Translations under genes and position numbers: made by a program | The notes under the pieces: model-generated | What the model saw: the letters and a program-made list of their open reading frames with translations, nothing else | Databases searched by the model: none | What the model was told of the DNA's origin: nothing | Shown here: positions 1 through 7,993 of the stretch, piece after piece | Layout: every line of letters starts with the position of its first letter | How positions within the stretch are numbered: the stretch's first letter is position 1 | IMG/VR virus record: IMGVR_UViG_3300043112_000325 | Span: 1-27,373 of that record | Length of the DNA stretch: 27,373 bases | Reading direction: 5' to 3' (one strand) | Origin: a virus | Taxonomy: Duplodnaviria; Caudoviricetes

Positions 1-603
1 GAAATCCTTTATCCACAGCAGGTTATCCGAGGCGGCGCAGGTGACGCCAATTGCCACGGCAGGCGTGTCAAAGATTCCGGATTGCGTGGTGGCCCCGGTC
101 TCGGGGTCATAGGTGCCGTAAGCTACTTGCTGGGCATCTCCAGACTGTATCCCGTCATCCCCGGCCCACCAGAGGCAGTTGATGGGGTCTATGGTCATGC
201 ACTGAGCGGCACCCGGCGCAAAGCCGCTGATAGACATACCGCCTACTTTTATGGGTTCGCCGTTGGCATTGTATGTTCCGTAGAGTATCGCCGCAGGTGC
301 GCCGCCCGGTACCCCCTGTTGCGCAAAAAGCCAGATTTGCCGCTCGGCATCTATGACAACACTGCCGCCACCTAAGTCCGTACCGCTGATGGTTTGCAGC
401 AGGGGGGGAGACATCTGCCCTGATGCGTCATAAGTCCCGTAGGCGAATCCACCTTCAGCGGCAACGCACAAATACACCCGTCTGATAGGGTCCAATGCAA
501 CGCCGGAAGTCAGGCTGTATGCTGTCGGAGTCGAGCCGATGATTTCCGCAATGCCGCCGAGCGGGCACGCGTCAGGCGGGAAGTTGTGTCGAAAAACGCT
601 CAT
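1..603 (-). CDS. Partial tail-associated repeat protein, probable beta-propeller/receptor-binding module (runs off window edge; not in ORF track)
   Basis: Hand translation: ATG at 603 overlaps the tail-fibre TAA (TAATG) and the frame is open for 201 codons to base 1 (MSVFRHNFPPDACPLGGIAEIIGSTPTAYSLTSGVALDPIRRVYLC...). YGTY occurs three times, spaced 53-54 aa apart. Confidence 0.8.
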   Translation of the reverse strand, partial: MSVFRHNFPPDACPLGGIAEIIGSTPTAYSLTSGVALDPIRRVYLCVAAEGGFAYGTYDASGQMSPPLLQTISGTDLGGGSVVIDAERQIWLFAQQGVPGGAPAAILYGTYNANGEPIKVGGMSISGFAPGAAQCMTIDPINCLWWAGDDGIQSGDAQQVAYGTYDPETGATTQSGIFDTPAVAIGVTCAASDNLLWIKDF

Positions 604-1904
604 TATGCAACTCCACGGATATCGCTTGCGGGAAAAGCACGGATCACGATTCCGCCGGACCCGTCGTCATGGACAGAGAGCATGACAACGTCCTCGGCTC
701 CGGGATCCTGCGTCACGTCCAACGCCTGCCCACCGGGCCAGATGATTTCAGCAGGCCACGCCAAAGAGCGCTCGCCGGTGGCGTCCTGCCGGACGGTCAG
801 CTCGTAGGTTGCGCCGGGACGAGCGTTTGCGACCGCAAAGGTGGACACGTCCTCGGTTAGCACCAGCCCGGCCACGGGGCAGGCCTCCATGTCCCAGTCG
901 AGAGCTCCGGCGGCGCTGGAGAGCGCGACGGTCGCGTACCGCTGCCCCTGTTTCCATTCGTGTGGATCGGGCAGCAGGTCGGCCACGTCCGCAGTGGTGT
1001 GGCCATGGCCTTCCGAGGCGTAGGGATGCGTGTGCCCCTTCAGCGAAAAGGCCTCCCGCAGTTCCCCGCCGGCAAGCACCGTCCGCAGGTCCGTGACGTT
1101 CCCGGCCGCGTCGATGTCCGCGATCTTCTCCACATAATGCGCCACCCCGTTGGCGTCGGCGTAGTCGGCCTGCTCGGTGAAGACGGGCGTGGACACGGCC
1201 GCGACGTCTGAGCCCTGCGGCAGCAGCGCCACGTCCAGCAGCACCGGTTTGGGCAGCACGCCGGGGTTCAGTGGTAGAGGCGCGTCCAGCCGGATCCTCA
1301 CGCCCTCCACGTAGGCTGTCCCGGGCTGCAGGCTGATGCTGCCGTCCGTGTTCACCACCTTGAAGCCTTCGCCGAAGAAGAGTGAACGGCCGTAGATATC
1401 CCTGTTGGAGAGGCGCTCACGCTCATCTATGCCCTTGAGTCGCACCGTGAAGTCCACCTGCCACGTGGCCGCTTCCACGGTCACGCCGGTGAGCTCCTGC
1501 GCGCCGGAAAACTCCAGCAGGAAGTTGCGCGTCATGTTGTTGCCCAGCTCGGCCCCTGCCGTGGCGGTCTTGGTCAGCGTCGGCACGTGCGTGATGGCCA
1601 CCACCACGTCGTCGGCGGAGGAATACAGGCCAAGCCAGTTGAACTCGAACGGGCCGATATCCGAGGTCAGGAGCATGGAGTACACCACCTGATTCGGGTT
1701 CACGAAGCCCTTGAACTCGGTGGGGATGGCATACTCGTGCACGATCTGCGCGGCGTCGGGCAGTCCCTCGGCCCGGTCCGCGACCGTGTTCGGGTCCTGC
1801 CCGGGCACATTGGCCAGGACGATGCGGTCGATGTCGAGGACGGCCCCGGCCGCCATCTTGCTGGCGATCAGGGATTCCCCTGCGAAGGTCAAAACGCTGC
1901 TCAT
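603..1904 (-). CDS. Tail fibre / tail-collar fibre protein (HP1-type, DUF3751-like N terminus)
   Basis: N terminus VNPNQVVYSMLLTSDIGPFEFNWLGL is typical of HP1-type tail-collar fibres. It also has HxH motifs (GHTH, GHGH) and sits directly after the gpI-like gene. Confidence 0.88.
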   Translation of the reverse strand: MSSVLTFAGESLIASKMAAGAVLDIDRIVLANVPGQDPNTVADRAEGLPDAAQIVHEYAIPTEFKGFVNPNQVVYSMLLTSDIGPFEFNWLGLYSSADDVVVAITHVPTLTKTATAGAELGNNMTRNFLLEFSGAQELTGVTVEAATWQVDFTVRLKGIDERERLSNRDIYGRSLFFGEGFKVVNTDGSISLQPGTAYVEGVRIRLDAPLPLNPGVLPKPVLLDVALLPQGSDVAAVSTPVFTEQADYADANGVAHYVEKIADIDAAGNVTDLRTVLAGGELREAFSLKGHTHPYASEGHGHTTADVADLLPDPHEWKQGQRYATVALSSAAGALDWDMEACPVAGLVLTEDVSTFAVANARPGATYELTVRQDATGERSLAWPAEIIWPGGQALDVTQDPGAEDVVMLSVHDDGSGGIVIRAFPASDIRGVA

Positions 1905-2509
1905 GTGGCCTCCTGTATGGCGGTGGTCTGATGGTCGTTGCCGAACTGGACCGCGCGCGACGCCACCCTGATGGGCGGCACCGCGGCGGCGTGCGTCCGG
2001 TGGTCGTTGTTGAATTCGGTCACGCGCACGGTGACGGACTGCGGGGTGATGATCTTCCAGCGGTAACGGCGGCAGGTCCTGCCGTAATGCTGAATCAGCA
2101 CCTGCAAAAGCTCGTGGTTTTCCGAGAGCTGGGAGTCGGTGAGCTGAATGTCCACGATGTCCCAGTCAATGCCGTCCATGCGCTCCTCGATCTCCACGTA
2201 GCCGATGCCCAGCCGCATGAAGATGCGCTTGAACCCGGCCACGCTGCCCGAATCCACCGCGTTGACGTAGGCGTACCTGACCCGCCTGCGGTACAGCGGC
2301 AGCGGCTCACCGTCGAAGCGGTCTATGTCGCGCTGCCAGGCGATGAGATGCAGCACCGGCTCGGAGCAGGTCTCGGGGTCCAGCTGCCGGGCGGGCCAGA
2401 TGGCCCACTCCTTGAGCAGGTCGAACCAGCGCCCGGCGGCGCGGGCCAGTTTGGAGACCTCGGGACCGGAAAACCAGAAGGGCAGATTCGGGCGCGTCTT
2501 CTCGTCCAT
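1901..2509 (-). CDS. Baseplate wedge / tail protein (P2 gpI-like)
   Basis: LDPETCSEPVLHLIAWQRDIDRFDGEPL motif; lies between the baseplate J and tail fibre genes. Confidence 0.88.
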   Translation of the reverse strand: MDEKTRPNLPFWFSGPEVSKLARAAGRWFDLLKEWAIWPARQLDPETCSEPVLHLIAWQRDIDRFDGEPLPLYRRRVRYAYVNAVDSGSVAGFKRIFMRLGIGYVEIEERMDGIDWDIVDIQLTDSQLSENHELLQVLIQHYGRTCRRYRWKIITPQSVTVRVTEFNNDHRTHAAAVPPIRVASRAVQFGNDHQTTAIQEAT

Positions 2510-3676
2510 CTACGCTCCCTCGGCTACGGTCAGGGTGGACAGGCGCGGCAGCTCCATGCCGGAAACGATGTCCGCCTGCCGGTCGAACTCCACGGACTTG
2601 AGGTCGTCAAGCCGGGCGTGCAGCTCCTTGTCCAGCCGGGAGAGCGAGAAGCGGTCGAAGGGCCACGTCTTGGTCACGTCGTAGTCGCTGTTCTCGCGGA
2701 ACGCGCAGCGGATCATGTTCTCCACCTCGGTCAGCAGGGCGGTGCGGCGATCCGCGGGCAGGTTGGCCACGGGGTAGACCGTGGCTGTCAGCGCGTGCAG
2801 CGTCTCGGGCATGGGGTAGCAGACCAGGTCGTCGCCGTGCCCGTGGTTGCCCTCGTCGCGCACGTGGATGTTCACCGCGTCGATGAAGTCCTGCGGCGGG
2901 GCGCCGTTCTCCAGCATGATGTAGCAGTTGGCGCTGCCCGGCCCGCGCGGCGCGCCGTGCTCGAAAAAGATGTAGTCCGTGCGGATCCCGGCAAAGGTGG
3001 CGATGGACGCCCGGTAGGCCGCGTCGTGGTGGTACTGGCCCACGGCGCTGAACTGGTTGCGGCAGCGCAGCCGCAGTTCTTCGTCCGTCTCCCCGTCCGC
3101 GCCGGGGGTGGAGAGCCAGTCCGCCTCGTTGGCGGCAGAGGCTATGCCCGGCACCGGACCGGGCAGGATGGAATAGTAGCCCGGCCCGAGGTTGTACGCG
3201 GCTCCGGCCTGCTCGGCGCGCACCGGCACGGCGGCGGAGACGGTCCCGTCCGGAATCGTCGTGTCCGCGGTCACGGTCAGCCGGTAGACCCTGCCGTCCA
3301 GCGTGGGACTCTCCACCACGGTCCCGGCGGCGATGGTCAGCTCCCCGGCCGCGCCGTCGCGGGTGAAGGTCACGGTGCCTTCGGCGGGCACGGCCAGCTT
3401 GCGTTCAAGGTCCACGCCCCAGGCAAATACGTCCAGCCATGCGCCGGCGGCGTACTGCAAAAAGGTGTTGGGCAGCGCCTTGGTGGCCAGCAGGTTCACC
3501 AGCTGCCGACACGGCTCGGTCACAATGGCGGCAATCAGCCGCCAGAACGGGCTCCACTTGGAGTCGTTGGTGATCCGGCTGCCTTCCTGCTCGTTGAGCT
3601 GCTTCCAGCGCGCCTGCATCTCGTCTTCGGAGACCGGCACGCCAGCCTCGCGCAGCATGTCTTCAAACAGCTTCAC
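2510..3676 (-). CDS. Baseplate J/gp47 family protein
   Basis: PGADGETDEELRLR and APRGPGSAN motifs; 388 aa; synteny. Confidence 0.93.
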   Translation of the reverse strand: MKLFEDMLREAGVPVSEDEMQARWKQLNEQEGSRITNDSKWSPFWRLIAAIVTEPCRQLVNLLATKALPNTFLQYAAGAWLDVFAWGVDLERKLAVPAEGTVTFTRDGAAGELTIAAGTVVESPTLDGRVYRLTVTADTTIPDGTVSAAVPVRAEQAGAAYNLGPGYYSILPGPVPGIASAANEADWLSTPGADGETDEELRLRCRNQFSAVGQYHHDAAYRASIATFAGIRTDYIFFEHGAPRGPGSANCYIMLENGAPPQDFIDAVNIHVRDEGNHGHGDDLVCYPMPETLHALTATVYPVANLPADRRTALLTEVENMIRCAFRENSDYDVTKTWPFDRFSLSRLDKELHARLDDLKSVEFDRQADIVSGMELPRLSTLTVAEGA

Positions 3677-4008
3677 TAGCCCACCTCCATCTGCATGTTG
3701 ATCGGGCCGAACTCCACGGTCTCGGCGGTCAGGTAGAAGACACCGAGCTCAACTTCCGCGATCTCGCAGGAGCCGGGAACGATGCGTTCGTCGTTGTCAA
3801 CCTCGATGGTCAGCCGGACGATGTTCTCGGCCTTCTTGCGCGCGTCCCGGTTGCCCACCAGCTCCACCAGCAGCCCGGTCTCCCGGATCATGTGCTGGAT
3901 GTCCTGAGCAATGGAGTCGCGGTCAAAGCAGCGTTCGGGGTTGCCGCCCCGGTCCAGCGTCAGGTCGTCGTCCGTGACCAGCAGGTCAAAATATTTGCCT
4001 TCAGCCAT
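3676..4008 (-). CDS. Baseplate wedge protein (HP1-type DUF2590-like)
   Basis: SIAQDIQHMIRETGLL and DERIVPGS motifs; lies between the tape measure and baseplate J genes. Confidence 0.85.
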   Translation of the reverse strand: MAEGKYFDLLVTDDDLTLDRGGNPERCFDRDSIAQDIQHMIRETGLLVELVGNRDARKKAENIVRLTIEVDNDERIVPGSCEIAEVELGVFYLTAETVEFGPINMQMEVG

Positions 4009-4010
4009 CG

Positions 4011-5774
4011 TTAGGCCCCCATCATGAGCAGCTCGTCGAGATCCTGCTTGCTCACGCCCTTGTCGGTGTTGATGACCACCTTGCCGATGCTGCGCTGCTC
4101 GCTGCGGCTGTTGGCCACGGTGTTGGCCACGTGCTTGGTCACGCTGCCCGGGGCCACGCTGCTGCGTCGCGGTGCGTCCAGCGACGGGGAGGAGGCGGGC
4201 GCGTCCGTCTCGTCGTCACCGAAGCCGACAAGGGCTCCGACTTTCTCCACCACCCAGCCCACGGGATTCATCAGCGACTTGAGGCCTTCGAGCACCCAGT
4301 CCACGGCCTTCATCAGCGCGTCTGCCCACTCGGTGTTGCCCAGGGCGATCATGAGATCCTCCCAGTAGTAGATGGCCGCGGCCACCAGCCCGATGAGGGC
4401 GATGATGCTGCCGATGATCAGGATCAGCGGGTTGGCCAACAGCACCGCGTTCACGGCCAGCATGACCGCCTTGAACGCGCCGAGCACGGCGGTGAAGGCG
4501 GTGGAAGCGGACGTGCCCAGCGTCGTGGCCATGGTCCAGCCGATGACGGCCACCTTGGAGAGCCCGGCGATCATGGCCAGCGCGCCGAGCGCTCCGGTCA
4601 TGCCCAGTATGCCGAGCACGCCGAAGCCTACCCACTTGGTGAGGGTCGGGAACTCCTTAGTCCACGCGGTGAGCGCGGCGGCAGCGTCCGCCAGGGTGTC
4701 CACCAGTGGATTGAGCGCAGGCATGAGAGCCTGGCCGATGCCGGTGGTCACGGCGGAGACGCCCTGATTCAGTCGCATCATGGGCGTGACCATCTTGCCG
4801 GCCATCTCTTCGGCTTTCTCCATGCCGGAGACCTTGCCGAGCTTGTCGATGGAAGCGGCCAGCCCTTCGGTGTCCGCCATCATCAGCTTCAGCAGGTCCA
4901 CGGCCTCCTCGCGGCCGAAGGCTTCCTTCAGCGCGTCGGCCTCGCCCACATTCAGAGACTCCCCGAAGCGTCCTTTGATCTTTTCGAGAATCTCCAGCAT
5001 GCCGAGCATGTTGCCCTGAGAATCGGTAAACGACAGGCCCAGTTTCTCCTGGGCACGCCCGACACCGCCGAGAAACGCCTTGTACTTGGTTCCGGCCTCG
5101 CTGCCGGACATGGTTGTCTGCAGCTTGCCGAGCACCGCCATCTGCTCGGCGGCCTCGATGCCCGCGGCGGTGGCGTTTGCCCCGACACTGCTGAAGGCGG
5201 AGGACATGGCCGAGCCGGTGGTCTTGAACATCTGCACCGCGGTGGCGGTGCGTCCGGCGAGCTGCTCCACCCATGCGGCCTTGCCCATGGCCTCGGCCTC
5301 TTGCTGAAACACGCCGTACATGGTGCCCATGTAATTGGTGATGGTGCCGGCATTGGCCTTGGTGGCGGTGGCCAGCACGTTGCCGGCGTTGGTGAAGGCC
5401 GCGAGCTCGTCGCCGCCAAGTCCGGATATGGCGGACTGAATGTCGTAGGCACTGCGGACGAAGCCGTCTGCCGCGCGTCCGTATTCCACGGAATATTCCA
5501 GCGCCTTGCCGGAGAGCTGCTGCAGGGCCTGTTGCCCGACGTCGAGCGAAGCCACTTCGCCCAGGGCGCGCTGCATCTGCTCGGCGGGATTGATGAAGCG
5601 ATACATGGCGTATCCCGCCCCGGCCACGCCGGCGGCTCCGGTGCCGATCTGGGTGAAGGCCTGCTCGGAGGACTCGGCGAGCCGCCCGAGGGTCTTCTGG
5701 ATCCGGCGCACCGGTGCCGAGACGCGGTCCAGCAGGCCGATGGAGAATGTCAGCTTTTCCAGCTTGGTGCTCAT
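4011..5774 (-). CDS. Tail tape measure protein (587 aa)
   Basis: Ala/Gly-rich helical protein with a GSEAGTKYKAFL motif, a C-terminal hydrophobic stretch and LLANPLILIIG. Confidence 0.95.
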   Translation of the reverse strand: MSTKLEKLTFSIGLLDRVSAPVRRIQKTLGRLAESSEQAFTQIGTGAAGVAGAGYAMYRFINPAEQMQRALGEVASLDVGQQALQQLSGKALEYSVEYGRAADGFVRSAYDIQSAISGLGGDELAAFTNAGNVLATATKANAGTITNYMGTMYGVFQQEAEAMGKAAWVEQLAGRTATAVQMFKTTGSAMSSAFSSVGANATAAGIEAAEQMAVLGKLQTTMSGSEAGTKYKAFLGGVGRAQEKLGLSFTDSQGNMLGMLEILEKIKGRFGESLNVGEADALKEAFGREEAVDLLKLMMADTEGLAASIDKLGKVSGMEKAEEMAGKMVTPMMRLNQGVSAVTTGIGQALMPALNPLVDTLADAAAALTAWTKEFPTLTKWVGFGVLGILGMTGALGALAMIAGLSKVAVIGWTMATTLGTSASTAFTAVLGAFKAVMLAVNAVLLANPLILIIGSIIALIGLVAAAIYYWEDLMIALGNTEWADALMKAVDWVLEGLKSLMNPVGWVVEKVGALVGFGDDETDAPASSPSLDAPRRSSVAPGSVTKHVANTVANSRSEQRSIGKVVINTDKGVSKQDLDELLMMGA

Positions 5775-5775
5775 G

Positions 5776-5964
5776 CTACCCCTTGAAGGCTTTGCCTATG
5801 CCGTTTGCCACGGCCACGCTCATCTTTTCCCAGTAGTCCTTTTCCAGATACAGGGCCTCGCCCATGGCCTGCGCGTCCGGCTCCCGCCCGGGAAACCACT
5901 TCCGGCTCAGGACGGCCATCTGTCCGAGGGCGTTGTCCTCTAGTCCTCGGCAGACGGCTTCCGC
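5776..5964 (-). CDS. -1 frameshift extension of the tail assembly chaperone (gpGT/E+E' analogue; not in ORF track)
   Basis: The -1 frame after GGGAAAG (5970-5964) reads AEAVCRGLEDNALGQMAVLSRKWFPGREPDAQAMGEALYLEKDYWEKMSVAVANGIGKAFKG* and ends 1 nt before the tape-measure ATG. Confidence 0.8.
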   Translation of the reverse strand, partial: AEAVCRGLEDNALGQMAVLSRKWFPGREPDAQAMGEALYLEKDYWEKMSVAVANGIGKAFKG

Positions 5965-6224
5965 TTTCCCACGCAGATGTTCACCGCGGGCTTGTAGTCC
6001 TCGATGACCGCGGTGGCGATATCCAGCCCGGCGCCGGGCAGCTCCAGCAGCTCTTTCAGCGCCTCGCGGCTCTCGGGAGCCACCGTGCGCATCAGAAAGT
6101 TGTGGGCCGGGGCCACCTTGTTGGTGGGCTGCATCTCGTTGACAAAGCCGTTGTAGGCATCGGGCGTCACGTTGAAGGTCACCCCGACGCCGTTCACTTC
6201 TAAGTCGATTCTGGTCGCGCTCAT
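5940..6224 (-). CDS. Tail assembly chaperone (HP1-type)
   Basis: NKVAPAHNFLMRTV motif; GGAG RBS; lies upstream of the tape measure gene with a slippery site near its 3' end. Confidence 0.88.
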   Translation of the reverse strand: MSATRIDLEVNGVGVTFNVTPDAYNGFVNEMQPTNKVAPAHNFLMRTVAPESREALKELLELPGAGLDIATAVIEDYKPAVNICVGKRKPSAED

Positions 6225-6237
6225 GTCTTTCTCCTGA

Positions 6238-6480
6238 TTATCGTCCGTATTTTTCCAGCCAGCCTTTGATCCAGCCGATGTCGTTCTTCACTTCCGCCAT
6301 GTCCTGCTTCAGGCACTCGGCGGCGTCCGCCTTGGCGCGCAGCTCCCGGATTTCGGCGGTGTTCTCGCGGATCCGCTGCTCGACTCCCGATGCCCACCAG
6401 ACGATGGTCGCGGTCTGCACAACCACCGCCAGCAGAAAGACAAGGGGAATCTTGCGGTCTATGCTCCAGTGTTCATTCAC
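6238..6480 (-). CDS. Small single-TM plus coiled-coil protein (80 aa), lysis-cassette accessory
   Basis: GTG start at 6480 with GGAGG RBS overlaps the o-spanin TGA. One TM segment (IPLVFLLAVVVQTATIVWWA) is followed by a heptad-rich helix. Confidence 0.7.
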   Translation of the reverse strand: MNEHWSIDRKIPLVFLLAVVVQTATIVWWASGVEQRIRENTAEIRELRAKADAAECLKQDMAEVKNDIGWIKGWLEKYGR

Positions 6481-6740
6481 GGGGCCTCCACACTGTCCTT
6501 GATGGCCGACTTGTCGGCGTTGGCTCTGCCCAGTGCCGCCCGGTAGTCCAGCAGGCACTGCAGCAGGTCGTCGTTGGTTTCCGCCCCGCTGCAGTCCGGT
6601 GCCGGGGTAGGGCGGGTCAGGTGCGCCGGCGGGGCCACGCGCACGAGCTCCGTCCGGGTGACGACCTGCGGCTTACTGGAGCAGGCCGCGCACAGAGTCA
6701 GGCAGGCGAGTGCCAGACCAATCACGGGTATCCGGGTCAT
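6477..6740 (-). CDS. o-spanin lipoprotein (Rz1/LysC-like)
   Basis: Restarted at ATG 6740 (GGAGG upstream): MTRIPVIGLALACLTLCAA-C lipobox, then a Pro-rich segment; overlaps the i-spanin 3' end. Confidence 0.85.
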   Translation of the reverse strand: MTRIPVIGLALACLTLCAACSSKPQVVTRTELVRVAPPAHLTRPTPAPDCSGAETNDDLLQCLLDYRAALGRANADKSAIKDSVEAP

Positions 6741-7071
6741 TGCGGATTGCCTCCTGCCAGCGGCGGCGCATGGCCTCGCGCTGGGCGTTGATGGTTTCAA
6801 TGGTCCGGTCACGCCGCGCGAGCGCGATGTCCTTGGCGTGCACCGAGTCCCGCAGCTCCTGCAGGGCTTCCTTGCTGGCGTCGTAGGCGCTCTGCATCAC
6901 TTGCAGCCGCAGCCGCGTGCGGGCCAGCTCGGCCTCGGCGTCCGCCTTGGCCCAGAACAGCCAGCCGACTGCCCCCGCCAGCAACAGCCCGGCCAGCGCC
7001 AGTCCTGCCCACTTGAAAAGCGATGTGCCGCCGAACAGGCGGGATCCCCATGCAATCAGCGAGGTGAGCAT
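6673..7071 (-). CDS. i-spanin (Rz/LysB-like)
   Basis: Restarted at ATG 7071: N-terminal TM, long coiled coil, and C-terminal RDWSGTRLPDSVRGLL typical of LysB-type spanins. Confidence 0.85.
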   Translation of the reverse strand: MLTSLIAWGSRLFGGTSLFKWAGLALAGLLLAGAVGWLFWAKADAEAELARTRLRLQVMQSAYDASKEALQELRDSVHAKDIALARRDRTIETINAQREAMRRRWQEAIRNDPDTRDWSGTRLPDSVRGLLQ

Positions 7072-7646
7072 GACAGCCTCCCGTGGATTTCGTGGATGCG
7101 CTCCACATAGGTGATGGTCTCGCGGCTGTGGTGGCCGGTGACGTCCGGCAGCGCGGCGATGATCGCCGGGTAGCGCAGAGCGCCGCCGGCGCGCCGCTGC
7201 GCCTTGAGGATGTTGCCCAGCCCGGCGTTGTAGCTGGCCCGCGCCAGGTCCCAGCGGTCGTGCTCGGGACGCGGGCTGGACCATGCGCGGTGCAGCCGGG
7301 CCATGTAGTACGCGCCGGCCTCGATGGCGTAGCGAGCCACGTGCGGGGACACCTGTCCGTAGCCGAGCTGCGCGCAGACCTCGCGCCATGTGGCGGGCAT
7401 GAACTGGGCCACGCCTGCCGCGCCCACCGGGGAGACGGCCTGCGGATCCAGCCGCGACTCCTGCAGCAGCTGCGCCTTCCACCAGCGCCATCCGGACGCG
7501 GGCGTGCGCGGCCACCACTTGTGGACCGCCGCGCGGATCCGCGCGTCATACCTGTCGGGATAGCCGCCAGCCTCAGCCGGACATGACCATGCCGACCAAC
7601 AGGCAAGCGCCGCAAAAACGAGCGCCGTAATACACCGCAGTCGCAA
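7056..7646 (-). CDS. Endolysin, SLT-type lytic transglycosylase with N-terminal signal peptide
   Basis: SLT motifs QES, GVAQFMPATW and ASYNAG; hydrophobic N terminus ending A-E-A; TTG start with GGAGGA upstream. Confidence 0.9.
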   Translation of the reverse strand: MRLRCITALVFAALACWSAWSCPAEAGGYPDRYDARIRAAVHKWWPRTPASGWRWWKAQLLQESRLDPQAVSPVGAAGVAQFMPATWREVCAQLGYGQVSPHVARYAIEAGAYYMARLHRAWSSPRPEHDRWDLARASYNAGLGNILKAQRRAGGALRYPAIIAALPDVTGHHSRETITYVERIHEIHGRLSCSPR

Positions 7647-7794
7647 TGGGGTTCCTCCGGATGATGTCCATGGTTTCCGTCCAGGGCCGCGAGCCGCTTC
7701 GGTCCAGCAGGCGCAGCAGCGCCCAAACTCCGACGAATGCTGTCAGGGCATAGACCGCCGTGGTCAGATACGAGATGCCGATGACGTCGATCAC
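7573..7794 (-). CDS. Putative holin (two TM helices, 73 aa)
   Basis: GTG 7794 overlaps the TraR TGA, with a GGAGG RBS. The protein has two hydrophobic segments and lies immediately upstream of the endolysin. Confidence 0.65.
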   Translation of the reverse strand: MIDVIGISYLTTAVYALTAFVGVWALLRLLDRSGSRPWTETMDIIRRNPIATAVYYGARFCGACLLVGMVMSG

Positions 7795-7991
7795 GTTGCC
7801 TCCGTTTCGGTTTGGCAGGCCACGCACAGTTGCACGCCCGGAACCGCCCGGCGTCGGGCTTCGGGGATGGGCTTGCCGCATTCGGCGCAGTCCTCGCGGC
7901 TGGGCCGGGCCGTTTGCCGGACCCCGGCGCGGGAGAGCGCCCACTCGCGGTCGAGCCGTTCCAGTTCCGTGGCGTGGTCAAACTGGTCCAT
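7791..7991 (-). CDS. TraR/DksA-family C4 zinc-finger protein
   Basis: N-terminal DQFDHA (DxxDxA) plus CAEC...IPEARRRAVPGVQLCVACQ. Confidence 0.92.
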   Translation of the reverse strand: MDQFDHATELERLDREWALSRAGVRQTARPSREDCAECGKPIPEARRRAVPGVQLCVACQTETEAT

Positions 7992-7993
7992 GG

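Noticed and set aside
9-17. Perfect DnaA box TTATCCACA
   Set aside because: A single copy inside a coding frame; compatible with chance.
82-375. Plus-strand 97-aa ORF
   Set aside because: Antisense to the coupled minus-strand repeat ORF (603-1), which fits the operon.
402-408. G7 tract in the repeat-protein gene
   Set aside because: The frame is intact and the tract is short; no evidence of phase variation.
1-1904. Diversity-generating retroelement or invertase-based tail switching
   Set aside because: No reverse transcriptase, template/variable repeat pair or invertase in the window; cannot be excluded beyond the left edge.
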